Assembly (NCBI GenBank): GCA_032718475.1
Contig: JAUCBJ010007084.1
Coordinates: 22,524-86,523 of the forward strand
DNA length: 64,000 nucleotides
DNA from: Nemertoderma westbladi
Taxonomy: Eukaryota > Animalia > Xenacoelomorpha
Direction: 5' to 3'
Made by a program: the position numbers and the translations under genes. This document shows, in pieces, positions 12,142-24,503 of the stretch (positions within the stretch are counted from its first letter, which is position 1; each line of letters starts with the position of its first letter). The notes beneath the pieces were generated by a model. It saw only the letters and a list, made by a program, of their open reading frames with translations, did no database searches and was not told the DNA's origin.

Positions 12142-15100
12142 CTATAGAGACCTCACCTCTTTAGGTACCCTTCCGGACCTAGTCGTCACGTAAGTCTGTA
12201 GGTCTGACAGGTCTCCGGGCTGCTCCAATGACTCTTCAGGCTGCTCCAATGACTCTTCAGGCCGCTCCAATGACTTGAGTTTGGCTTTCGACTTTGACTT
12301 GGAGACTTTCTCCACTTTGACTTCTGCATCTTCTGGCATCGGATTGGTCACTATCTTCAGTCGCTCTGGCCAATGTTCCTGTGTCCTCGTTAGAAAATCA
12401 GGTCCATGCAACCAAAACTCCTGGGACTCTTCCTGACAGAATTCCGCCGGCATTGCACCTCTCGAAGTTATGTCGGCCGGGTTCAACACTCCCGGACAAT
12501 GACTCCACTGTTCCTTTGTCGTAAAGTCGACAATCTGAGCGCGTCTGTTGGCCACAAATGTCTTTAGTGCAATATTGTCGGCTGCAATGTATACTAACAC
12601 CAAGGATGCGTCCGTCCAATAGAATAAGGTCAATGTCGTGTCTAGCTCCTCAATTATCTGCTTACTTACCTCGACTGAAACTACTGCCACCTGTAACTCT
12701 GCACGAGGGACAGTCATGTATTTGACCGGCATTGTCTTTGATCTAGAAGTCACAAAGGCCGTCTCAAACTTGTCCTGACTTACCTCTCGGCGAAGGTAGG
12801 CTACCATACCAAAGCCGGTGTCACTTGCGTCACTAAATAAGTGGAGTTCGAGATCAGCTAGAAATACCAGCTGATTCGGAAAGTAGGAACGAGGTACATC
12901 TATATTTTTCAATAGATGTAACTCGGCTTCCCACTCTCTCCACTGCTTTGCATGTATAGGAGATATTGGTTCGTCCCACTCTAGGTTGGACAACCAAATT
13001 TTCCTCATGCACGCTCGTGCCTGTAATATTACCGGACTGATAAAGTTCATCGGGTCAAATAGTCTACTCAATGTCGATAAGCAAATTCTCTTTGTCAAAA
13101 TCTTGTCTGGGCTACTGGGCTCAAATCTAACTCTTACCTGGAACTTGTCCGTGTTCGGGTTCCAAGCATGTCCCAGTACTCGCGCCATGGGGATGGGTTC
13201 TACCCCCAATTCAATGTCTCCGCTCCTGCGATCTTTCACCGGGAACGACTCTAATAGGGCCTCCGAGTTCGTAGTGAACTTGGTCAGAGGAAAACCCCCT
13301 GTAGCCAAGCACTCCTGTAGGCCGTGAGCCACTTCTATGGCTTGTTCCGCCGTGTCCTTAGACACCAATCCGTCGTCCATGTAGAAGTTTCTCAAGATGG
13401 ACTCGATAACCTCTACTGGGTACTTACCAATCTGGGCTGTTGCCGTTTTCCTTAGAACAAACAGCGTACCATTGGGACTATCGCGGGTGCCAAATATCCT
13501 AACGTACATTTGGTATGTAACCACTGGGCCGGATAAGTCTTCATTCTCAAACCAGAGAAATCGAAGGCTATCCTGGTCTGCCTTACAGGCTCTTACCTGG
13601 TGGAACATCGCCTCGATGTCACAAGTATGAGCGAATCGCCACTGTCTAAAACGTAACAGTATACCTATCAAATAATTATTCAGGTTGGGACCATCCATCA
13701 ACTCTGAATTCAGGGACATACCTCTATAGACTGCCGCGCAGTCATTGACTACTCGGACTTTGTCAGGCTTGTCAGGGTGAGTCACATAGTGGTGTGGAAG
13801 GTAATATGTCTGGTCTGTCACTAAGTCAGGGTCCTCTACCTTCCCAGCAAATCCCTTGGCGAAATAGTTGTTGATCTGGGCGCAATACTTCTTCCTAATG
13901 TCTGGATTCCTTAACAACCGAGCCCTTACTCCGTTCAATCTTTTCAAGGCTAAACTGTAGTTGTTCTCCAACTTAGGTGGTTGTCGACGCCACAACATTC
14001 CAACTTCAAAATGTCCAGTCGGTAGCAGACGTATGGTGTCTTCCATCATCTCCAGCGACCGTTTCTCATCAGTAGACATGGTTAGGTCATATCCACCGGG
14101 TTCCATTGCGTCCCTTTCCAGCCATTCGACGGTTCTAGCTCCTGTCTCGAGGTCCTGGCGTATCAATTCCTTCTGTAGCTCCTCTTCACTGTATTGGAAA
14201 ATGTCTAGGTCTCGATATTTAGCCACTTGACCCTCCACTATATCGGTATAAGTCAAAACGTTACTCAAATAGGTAGCGTGGGCCGCTGAACCAGACCCAC
14301 GGGTCTGATAACAGTAGTCCTCGGGTTCACTATCTGTCCGGTCGTTGTGAAGTGGTTCCGACAACCTAACATTATCGGGAATCAACTCCTCGTCCGACTC
14401 GCTAACGTCACTATAATGGTCAATACAGGTTCTCCTAAACTCGTCTAAGTCTGGTGGTTCTACTAACGGTGGTTCAGTTATAGTCTGTAATTCGTCGTAT
14501 CTATCTATTGGCTTGTCGCCACCTGTAAACTCATAAGACATGGGTACTCGTGTATACCAACCTAATATAGTCCTATGGGCATGTGGTCCATTTACATGCG
14601 GTTCAGCTGGTCTCGTTTCCCATATTTGGTGTGCGATTAGCTGTTCTGCACCAATCAACATAGAAACATTCCTATAACCTACCTGGTGTCTGGGTACTCT
14701 GAGCTTGTCAAAATACTCCTGTGCTATGGGACTCATTGGCGGCACCTTACCTAACTGCCTGCCGAACCCCTTCATAGCTAGACACTTAAATCCGTCCAAT
14801 GGCAAAGCTCTCTGTTCTTGTCGAGTATGTTGGTCTCTCGGAAGTAGGGAGTCTAATTCTACCGAAATTCTGTGTCCCTTGAGGTCCCCTACCCCGTGCA
14901 TAGACTTCAACTCTATTTGGATCTCCTCGGCATCTTGGAAGCTAGAAACGGCTCTCGCCACTTCCTCGTCGATATAAGATAATGTGGACGCTGTGTCCAA
15001 CATCACATATATCCGCTTTGATCCCTTATCTCCAGTAAGTTTCACCAGAATCACGCTGAATATTTCCGACGTGGCCGATGATAAATACGTCCGCGCGCTG

Positions 15101-15250
15101 GTCGATGAACTGTCCGCAGTGAAACCTTGGCAGGTCACTTCTCTCGCGCTTAACTCGCCATCTTCGTCCGACGAACCTGGTTGGTAACCATCGTCCTGGA
15201 TGCTAGTATACGTATTTCTCCTTCTCGATACGGGTTCTTTCTCCCCTTCC
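12142..15250 (-). CDS. pol: Element B pol segment: aspartic protease, reverse transcriptase, RNase H
   Basis: MLDTAS (PR); YYLPHH, KVRVVNDCA, DIEAMFHQV, FYMDDG (RT); LFSDAS, PRAEL, WTDA, NPAD (Pao RNase H). The start is approximate because the frame changes from gag near 15250. Confidence 0.92.
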
Positions 15251-18200
15251 TTTGAGGATTTTGCTGTAAGTAACGGTCCGTTGGGGTATGGAAATCCGCA
15301 TGTAGCAACTTGTGATGTAATCTGCCGCATTCCATGCATCCGTCCTTGCTGTTCGGGCACTGCCGCCGTACATGTCCTGGCGCAAGACAAGCCCAACAGG
15401 TGTCCAACGTCCGCACCTGAACTCTTCTCTGTTCCGAATTTAATTCTTTGAACCGTCTGCAACTATCTAACTTATGGTCGTCAGATCTTACCTCCTTTAG
15501 TAAGCAGAATTGGCAACCTACAAATCCATCCGGCAACTCCTGTTGCTTTAACCTAGGTCTATCTAACCGCTCACCTGACCATACTCGCGAGTCTGATCTA
15601 AAGGCTGGGGTACTCGAATTATATCTGTCTACTAAATTAAATGTCACAGTGGTCCTGTCATCGTCAAAACTTACCATAGACTTACCGGTAACAGGTTTAG
15701 ACTCCCTCATATTCTCCTCTGAGAAGTTTGATTTCATCTCTGCTACTGCGTCTGTGGCTATCATGTCATGAATGTGTTGAAGTGTCAATACTTTACCTTG
15801 GCCCTCCAACTTGTTCTCTAATTTGCGCCATTTCTGTCTGTAACGCATGTTTAAACATCTTATTACGCTTTTTAAAACTTTGGCGTGATCTCCATGATGA
15901 GGTAGATTCACCGTCCTCAAGATGTCTAATGCGTTCGAAATAGCGTTCGCTAAGTTCAACAGCTCTAACGGAGTTGTAATCCTTCCGCCCTTACCCAAGT
16001 CTTCCACTATCGACTGCGCCATCTTGGTTTTATTCCCATAGATGTCGCTAAGCGTCTTCATTGCTAACTCAAATGCTCTTTCATTGCCGACGAAGTTGTC
16101 AGCAATGACTCTAGGTTCTCGATGGAGCATCTGAAGCAAATAGTTGAACTTCTCGTTGGGAGTAAAGGTGCTGTTGGTCAGCTGTTCGTCGACATAGGTT
16201 TTGAATGTCCTCCAGTGTTTGTGGTTGCCCATAAACTTCTGGGGTTGTTGCGTCGGCAGTCCTTGCCTAGCAGCAAACTTACCTATGTCCCTAAGGGTTG
16301 CGTCGTTCCGGGTTAACAAATGGTTTAGTTCCGCAGGGTTATTAAGTCTGGTCCTTTCCCGGTGGTTCCAACTTACCTGCTCCGCGTCGGTCCTTCTTTC
16401 CTTATAGTTTCGGGACTTCTGACGTCTCATGTCTTCCTCTTCATCGCTTGACTCGGTGTCAGTCCTTAGTGAGACCTTGGCAGGTTTGCGTGCTGAGGCC
16501 CTGACCCAAGCGTCCTGTATAAACTTTTCCGCCGAATTTTCGAAATTGGGATTATGGATAGTCAGGACAGGCGTCCTTACCTGAGGTCTATGTATAGTTG
16601 CCTCTGATATACGTACTCGTTGATTAGGTTGGACTTTATCTAAGTCAGGCCTGCTAGGATTTGAATTACTCCTTACCTGGGCTGCTTCCTTTAACCGTAG
16701 GTTACTAAGCATGTCCATTATAGGTTGGATGAGCGGCGATATAGCTTGCGCTAAACTGGCACTTAACTCATCCCTCGTAATAAATTCCTGGCTAGGGTTC
16801 TGTTGTATAGTCGGCTCTATCTGAGTAATCCGCTGTCTCTCATATGATCCCTCTTCCGGTTTAACCCGGAAGTTCTCCGTCGAACTGGGTCGGCGCTCCG
16901 TTCGCGTATTCCAAACCCGCGGGTTCGGTTTGCCTAATACTCGTCCTGTCGGAGTTTCTCTAAACTCTTCATCGTCTCATTTGGTATGAAGTGGTGCGGT
17001 GTTCCGATGACGTGGATTCTGCGCGATGGGTGAAGCACTAATACCAACTGGCGTGCGATATGTAGAGAACGGTTTAGCGATCCGAGTACTCGTAATAGCT
17101 GGACCAGGTATAGGAATTCTGGTCGTCGTCGACTCGCGTATAGTCTGAGTTCTCGCTTCCTGTTCGGCCTTCTGCAGTGCGAACAGTTCTCGCAACTCAG
17201 TACCTACACTCGCCCCACATTCTTCGATCATTCGCATCCCCTTCTCGGCGATTTCATTCGCCTTCCTGGTCCGTTCTTCGCTCTCTAAATTTGATCTCGC
17301 ACTTTCTAACTGCGCCAGTTTACGTTCTTCTTCTTCCCTCGCTCGTCTCGCTACGCTCTCTTCTTCCAGTTGTGCCTTTTCTTCATACAACATCTGTCGC
17401 TCTTTCTCAATCTCGAGTTCGCGTTCCTTGCGTTCACGTTCAAGTTCGAGTTCGCGTTCTTTCTGTTCGCGTTCGAGTCTGAGTTCGCGTTTCTTTGCTT
17501 CCTGTTCACGTTCGAGTTGGAGTTCGCGTTTCTTCGCTTCCCGTTCGCGTTCAAGTTGGAGTTCTCGTTCTTTCTGTTCGCGTTCAAGTTGGAGTTCGCG
17601 TTCTTTTCGTTCGCGTTCCGCTTGCTCACGCTTACCTTTGTCTTCCAACTCCCGCAACTTTGCGTCTAACTTACGTGCGCGCTCCCATTCCCTTTCAGCT
17701 TCCTTCCGTGCTTCCGATGCATGCAAAACTTCCGCCTGTTGTTCGTCCAGTCGGCGTCTTCTCTCCTCCGCTGAGTTGTGAGAAACAAGGGATCTAGCAC
17801 ATATAACTTTCCCTCGCGTGTGACTAACCTGGGAATCGCCACTGTCTCTGGATGCGTCGTCGGGTGGAGTTAACGTACTTTGTTGGATGTTCTCCGTTGT
17901 CGGTAGCACCTGGCCCGGTACCACCACTCCACTCTGCATCAGCCAGCTAGTAACTTCCCTCTGATAACGGCGCTCCTCCTTGTCTTGGATCTCTTCCTGC
18001 TCCACTAAGTTTCTCAACTCTGCGTCACTCACCTGAGTCGCCTGCGCTTGTGATGCCCATAGCAGCCAGTTCTCCGTCCTAACTTGTCGGAATCGCTCCG
18101 ATAACGCGCGGTGCTCCAACAGGGCTGCTAAAACCCTGTCGTAAATCCTCGTCGCCACGTCGCTCGACTGAGACTCCACTGCTCTCTTTGCTAGGACTGC

Positions 18201-18779
18201 AAGCTCCTCCGTCTGCTTAAATAACGCTGAGTTGTATCCCTTTCTAATCTCTACTAACCCTGCCCGTCCGATGTTCGCTGAGTCGGCTAGCATCTTCCTT
18301 ACCTTGTCCGTCGTCCGAGTTATATGTCCGGCATGCGCGCGAAGTTTCTTCTTTATCGCGATGTCGAACTCTCTGTCACTTACCTGACTTACACTTGGTG
18401 GACTTGAAGGATTATTCCGGGAACTACGGGTACTCCTTATAGCCGCTGGGACCACGGCACTTACCATACCCACAGGTCTGGAAACCGGGCTCCGGGCTCT
18501 CGCTTCTGCTACACTAACCTCCCTATCACTCACCTCTGGTCGGGCTGCTGTACAATCCTTCCTTACAGTAGTGGTAGGGGATCCTAATACTATTACTTGA
18601 GGTTGTTGTTCTTCCTCACTAGTTACTGTCTCGTCCTCCTGTTCACTTACGTCAGAGTCGCTCGCTGCGTCGTCATAGTCGGCATTGTCGTCAACAGTAA
18701 TATTTACGCTATCGTCAGTCGGCGGTCCAGCCGCCATCTCATAGCTGTCCTCTAGTGCCTCCTTGTCTGAGACACTCAT
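15150..18779 (-). pseudogene. gag: Element B gag (coiled-coil N-term, BEL capsid-like domain, three Zn fingers); one in-frame TGA at 16977
   Basis: ORFs 16977-18779 and 15150-16718 share a frame. PQKFMGNHKHWRTF..EKFNYL; CQFC..H..C, CWACLAPGHVRRQC, CMECGRLHHKLLH. Confidence 0.9.
17410..17620 (-). repeat. ~33-39-bp coding tandem repeat (ERELQLEREQK) in B gag
   Basis: Repeated gttcgcgttc...gagtt units encoding an E/R/K-rich coiled coil. Confidence 0.8.
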
Positions 18780-19781
18780 AGTCTAAATAATGTTTTGCCT
18801 TCCGGCAAAAATATCTCACAAAATTTCGAGATATAATTATAATTTAACCGAAATACGGTCAAATTATTTGACAAATAATCAGTTGGTCCAAAATGTCAAA
18901 ATAAATTCGCAATGCAATATTGTGAATTTAATAGGATATAGTTATAGCAAATACTAGCACAATATTTAAACAAAAATATTATTATATAGCTATTATATAG
19001 CATTTTAATACCGGTATAGCACAAAATAACTTTGAATCTAATACAAAATATTCAAAATAAACTTGCCACCCGAATATTTCTAATTTTACATATATAGCTC
19101 TAATTAACACAATTTTAATTTCAAATATTATATGTATCCACTAGCGCGTGGCTACATCTTCGGGTTGCGACTCTCTCAAACTCTCTCTCTAACTTGAGCG
19201 ATTCAAAAAACCATGGCCGGCTAAACCTAACTAACCTAACTAATAAATTGAGTTCAGCTTCGCAGTTAAACAATCGGTAATTTTTTACTGCTTCCACAAA
19301 CACAATAGTGCCAACAGAACAACTAACCTTGTTTGCTGTGAGATTCCACGTCCGCGTCCAAAGATTCAGGCTCTTCGCTGATTGCAAACCGAACCCGCAG
19401 ACCCACACGAACCCTAAACTCAGAAGTCCCGTCTTGCCATGTATCTCCAGATGGTATAAAATAACTAAGCGGTTACCTAACATACCGGTACAAAACTCTA
19501 GAATTTTACAAATAATTTTGACCAAAACTAAATTCTCGCAAACCTAACTAAAATTTTCAAAAAACTAATTAATTACAGCTTGCCCTTAGGCCTAAGGAAC
19601 TGCTGTATTCGCAATTAGTAAAAACGCACTACCGTACATCCATTGTACGCAGTACAGTAAGTAGAACAGTACACCAACCTAACAGCCTAAAGAATACTGT
19701 ATGTTGAAGTGACCGAGGTTCCAGTTGGGTAACGTAGTTTAATCAAGAAAAGCAATATTAACGAACAACTAAATAATCCCA

Positions 19782-19822
19782 TGGTACGTTTCGATATATT
19801 ACAAAATAATCATCATCAGCCA
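19782..19822 (-). ncRNA. Minimal type I hammerhead ribozyme-like motif (left arm)
   Basis: TGG CTGATGA T GATTATT-ttgt-AATA-t-ATC GAAA C GTA CCA. Confidence 0.6.
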
Positions 19823-20006
19823 AATAAAATAAAACAACATACAGACAGAAACTCAAAATTCAGCAATTATAACTATTTACTAAATACGCCTAAATGTGTA
19901 CAACAGTTTATAAATTTTCAATTGAGTGACATGACAGGCTAGATTAAAGGTACAGTAGAATACAATGTTATGTAGTATGTTGTGCAGTATGTTGTTTTAT
20001 TTTATT

Positions 20007-20047
20007 TGGCTGATGATGATTATTTTGTAATATATCGAAACGTACCA
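20007..20047 (+). ncRNA. Minimal type I hammerhead ribozyme-like motif (right arm)
   Basis: Same sequence as the left arm on the opposite strand: CUGAUGA, stem II, GAAAC-GUA, short stem I TGG/CCA. Confidence 0.6.
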
Positions 20048-20268
20048 TGGGATTATTTAGTTGTTCGTTAATATTGCTTTTCTTGATTAAAATACTGTAT
20101 GTGGTACAGCAAAACAAATGTCCCTTCTACTATACGCAGTAACAGCAATCAGCCTAATGTACTACTGTACTATTGTACGCGACCAGTGAATACCGTAATC
20201 TAAACTTAACAGCCTAAGAATACTCTCAATGTCCTACTGTACGCGGTAGGCCTACAGCAGACAAAATA

Positions 20269-20278
20269 TACGCATTAC
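20269..20278 (-). other. PBS position of element B (GTAATGCGTA), non-canonical
   Basis: Immediately after the 5' LTR, no TGG start, complementary to LTR-internal 21364-21373. Confidence 0.55.
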
Positions 20279-22419
20279 TGTTAAACAAGGCGCGATCCCT
20301 ATACTAACAGCAGAACTGTTGAACAGACAAATACCGGTATACTTCTCTGCCCACCTAATAAGTTCCTGCCTAACCAATCAGACACCAAGACTGCTCTACT
20401 GTTAAATAAAGGTGATCAGGAGCGTGCTATTACTAAATGTAAGGCTGCTAAATACAAAACCACTACTTACCGTTAGATGGCGCTAATCTGCCGTCCGCTA
20501 ATATATTTTACTAAATTTACACGGCTCCTGCAAATTGCTTGTTCCTTTCTCTGCCGATTGCTCAACAGAGAGCTAACTGTTCGAATCTATGAGCCACGCG
20601 GGAATAACCAAAACAACAAACCCAAATCGGCTCCCTAAGCTGACTTAAGACGAGTGCGAGGGGCTTTGCACTCAGAGTGTATTCTTACGCCTAATTTTAC
20701 TTACTGTTATACGATAGTACCTAAGCTCTTTCTAATCGCGAATACTGGGGGCTCCCTAACAGAATGTGTGAATGCGAGAATATTTAAAAATAATCAAATC
20801 TGGTACAGTATGCTGTCTCTACGTGCGCGTAAAACCACTCCGGGTCTAAAATTGCCTGCAGCTGGCTTTAGGCCAGCAAATTACTAGTGTACAGTGTCTT
20901 TTAATACTGAATAATGCGATCTAGCTTATTGCCCGCTAATGCAAATAACCGCTCAGCGTGAATAGTTTACGGTACGCTAATTATTACCTTAGCTACTCTC
21001 CGCTATGCTGCGTACTAATTCTTAATTTTAATAACTAATTACAGTCACAAATGTGTAACGGCGTACTAATTACTAAGTATTCCAGAATGCGCAATTCTAA
21101 TTTATTACGCAATGAATCACATTAGCAACAGCCTAATATACCGTATTACTTTGACTTAATCAATAATTAATTATAGTAATCTAAGAAATAGAAATCAATC
21201 AAAGAGAAAGGGGGGCTATCTAAGTGTTCGTAATCTTAGGCACACTTCAGTAACACACCAATCAGCGTCAGCAATCATAGCTCGCAATTATTCGCAAGGT
21301 GTCCACAATCGTGCAATTCACTTTCTACACTGATCATCAACACTAACATCTTTCACTGTCACTGTAATGCGTACAGGCCCCTCCCGGGTACGTATAGGCT
21401 TCCTAACTAACCCAATTCCTGCCCCCTAATACTAAAATAGAGACAAAACCTGGATTATCAGCCCCCTAGTTACCGTACCAGCGAGCAGTCTACGCACCAC
21501 AATGCCAGTTGCCCGACCGCAACGATGACCCCCGCCAGCGTTGCTCGCCTTTGAATCCTCCACTCCCTTCGTCGCTAACCCCCCGATGTGCCCACCGCCT
21601 ACCGGTACCTTAGCCCTTCATCCTTATTAATAGCTACCGTAGCGGCACATGCAAATCACATATGTCTGACAGTCTCAGAAATCCCGTAGGATTATTGTGT
21701 CGAAAGGAATTACATAGAACCATTAACTAAAGGGTAGAAATCACAGTTCCATGATGTAATTAGCAGTAATCTTTGAGATTGATTGAGAAACACAACAAGA
21801 ATCAAACAGAAATTATAAATTTGCAAATCATTTCAAGAAAATCAAAAAAGGGCAGTAATTTACGCAGAAAATATACGGAAAACTAAGCACAGATTGGGGG
21901 ATGGTGTGGGGAGAATAATACAGACATACCGGCACAGCGCCAATTTATAGGTGATTTCAGAAGGATGATGTAATCGGTCCCCTATTGGCTCTCCAATCCG
22001 CCCTTACCATCAGACCAACCTAAGAGCAGTTAGGCCAATAAGGAAGCCGGATTGTGAACCTCAGGGCATCCAAATCGCAAATTATTACCATATATGGTAA
22101 TGGATCATGCTCCTGGCTACTGAATGGTTAGGACTGCGTTCTTATGCTAGCCATGTCGAGGCTAATAACAGCAAGCCCGTATCCAGGGTCCAACAAGAAC
22201 TTGCTACCCTGGGACTATCTACCTATATCCTAATACAAAATTACATAGATAGGGCTACATACTATACAAAATGGATGAATTCAAATATATGGGCGTTTTA
22301 ACTTCCTTATCTAAATGTCACCGCACTATGCCTTATCTAAATAATTATACTGCACAATAACAAACATATTATACTGTATCATGGCTAATAATGTGGATAC
22401 AGCGCCATATACCGTAACA
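20279..22419 (-). repeat. 5' LTR of element B (2141 bp)
   Basis: Direct repeat of 2363-4226; TG...CA ends; TATAAA near 21944-21949 (minus) with CCAAT boxes upstream. Confidence 0.95.
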
Positions 22420-22424
22420 GCCCT
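22420..22424. repeat. Right target-site duplication (GCCCT) of element B
   Basis: Matches 2358-2362. Confidence 0.95.
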
Positions 22425-23841
22425 CATTATCATAAAACATGTAGCCATTCTCTTGAAATGATCTGAACGTTCTGTTCCATTCGTCCATCAATTCTTCCGA
22501 AGGTTGCCAAATCTTCTCTATATCCCTCTCGTCCTCGAAACGAATGACTTTACCTTGCCAGTTCGTAGCGATGTCTGTATCCGACTCGAAGGTTCCTGTT
22601 CCAATCCATAAACGAATCGTTCTGGTTAAATATCCTTTCAGGTTACTCGGAGCTATATCAGCACCAGCTCTATCCAATTCCCTAAAGTCTTGAATGTGAG
22701 GCGGAACATTATGCACGACCTTCTGCGTAATATGTCTACGTAAATCATATATCTTAACCATATCGCTTAGAACAACTGCAGGAAGAAACTCCGGGTTTGA
22801 AATGATTTCCGGATGATCCACGATAGGTATTTCATACGTCGTATCCTCTCGGACTGGTATACTAATAGGGTAATTGAGTGTCGTACTCAATGGTTTCGTG
22901 GTCAAAGTACTATGCGGTTGCATTTCTCTTGTCCTTTCCGGGGATGCAATCTGTAGTCTCTGAATAACGTTTTGAGCAAAGTTTATACTTTCGAAGATTT
23001 CCGGTGTCATCTCCTTAGCTGAAGTTTGATCGTGTGACATCCAATGGTAAGGTAGGCTTGTGAGTCTTCCGCCCCATTCTTCCATCTCACCTTTCTCGAA
23101 AGCCTTATAGGCTCTGTATAGGCTAAGAGCTTCTTTCTTTTTGCGGGTTGACTGAGTCACCTCTTCCAGCGTAAGTTCAAATGCATCGGGTTCAACAATC
23201 TTTGGTGGGCAAACGACAATTTCTCCCGCCTTTGGTCCACTCATAGCAAATGAATGATACGGATTCAATAAAGGATACCCTCCTTCCTGGTAGCGTAGTT
23301 GTTGATGGTTCGAACACCTCGCCAATATCGGTTCGGGATTTTCCTTATTCAAACGCATCGGAATCGCCTTTTGTTGTTCGCGCATACAAGCACCACATTT
23401 ATAATAAAGTTTGTAAACTGAAAAGGCTTCCTTCGTTTCTCTATCGTCTCCTCGAGTTTGTCTGTAAAGATGCATTCCATCGAATTCATCGCGTACCGCA
23501 GGCATAGGTTCATCTGCTTTCAGGTATTGCATGATATGATACAAGCGACTTATTTCGGTATCGGGGTCTTCACTAATATCTCCCGTATCACATAAGGCAT
23601 CATACGGATAAAGTTCATTGAAGGTTTTACGTAAACTTTCGATTCTTTCATTTAGCGCGTTCTGCCTTCTCTTTAATACATTTGAGTCATATTTAGTCTT
23701 TGCGAGTTTCGCTGTACTTTCTGATAAATCCTTTATTCCGAATATAGTGTAATCCTTTGCACCGAATCTTTCAAATGGCGCTGCTGCTTCCTCTTGGATA
23801 TCGTATCCCCATCTCGGCTCTCCATGTATCCCCTTCGCCAT
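22420..23841 (-). pseudogene. N-terminal half of element A ORF3 (MAKGIHGE...MFYDNEG), truncated by B
   Basis: Open frame closely matching aa 1-474 of C ORF3, then reading into the B LTR. Confidence 0.93.
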
Positions 23842-24503
23842 TATTGGAAGTATAGTTACATAATCATTGCTACTAGAGGGAATACAACAGAGTTTATTGT
23901 TAGTTGTGAGGAGATTTGAGTGTTTTTTGTCTGCCCTTTTGGCTCGACAACGCTCTAACCTCCTACCCATAGCCTAAGATCTAAGGTTTCTTTAATGACA
24001 CACTGCTTTCTTATCTAAATTTTTGCCGAAATAAAAACGATTTTTGGGCTAAACTGGCTGTGAGTCTAAAATACTCACCTTTTGGTCCCAAACTATTATC
24101 AGAAAATAAGCAGTCAAGAATTAGTAATAAATATAGGGAAGTCTATTTTTGACGTAACTTATTGAAACAAGACCGTGTAAAATTTAATTAAATTTAAGAA
24201 AGGCTCGCGAGTCTTCCGTTCTCTTGTCTTTCTAATTTTAAGTTCCACCCGACTGTACCCTGAAATCTATTCACTGGAGAAAATTTAAAAAATTTTCAAA
24301 TCCAAAATGGATTGTCTAAAATTTTGAAAATGTCTCAATATTGTGAGTTTCAAGTAGAATTCCATTTCTTTTACCTACAAATCCCGCTCCTATGTGACAC
24401 ATAAGGGTACTACCCTCAATGTTCACATATAAAGACAATGGAATTCTACCGCTGTCTTTACTACAGTGTACAGGTACGTGGAAATCTATTTGTAAACTCC
24501 TTA

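Larger units (their letters stand above)
19738..20091. mobile_element. 105-bp perfect inverted repeat with 144-bp spacer; probable Penelope-like insertion in the leader of B
   Basis: 19738-19842 is the exact reverse complement of 19987-20091; each arm holds a minimal hammerhead core. Confidence 0.65.
2363..22419 (-). mobile_element. Element B: full-length 20.06-kb BEL/Pao LTR retrotransposon (second family) nested in element A
   Basis: Direct LTRs with TGTTA...TAACA ends, 5-bp TSD, BEL-type gag with three Zn fingers, PR-RT-RH-IN order. Confidence 0.96.

Noticed and set aside
15150-15462. Programmed -1 frameshift between B gag and pol
   Set aside because: No X-XXY-YYZ slippery site seen and the junction is in frame in A/C; a 1-nt deletion is more likely.
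17177-17797. Overlapping RS-, FA- and VR-rich ORFs
   Set aside because: Alternative frames and antisense of the gag coiled-coil repeat.
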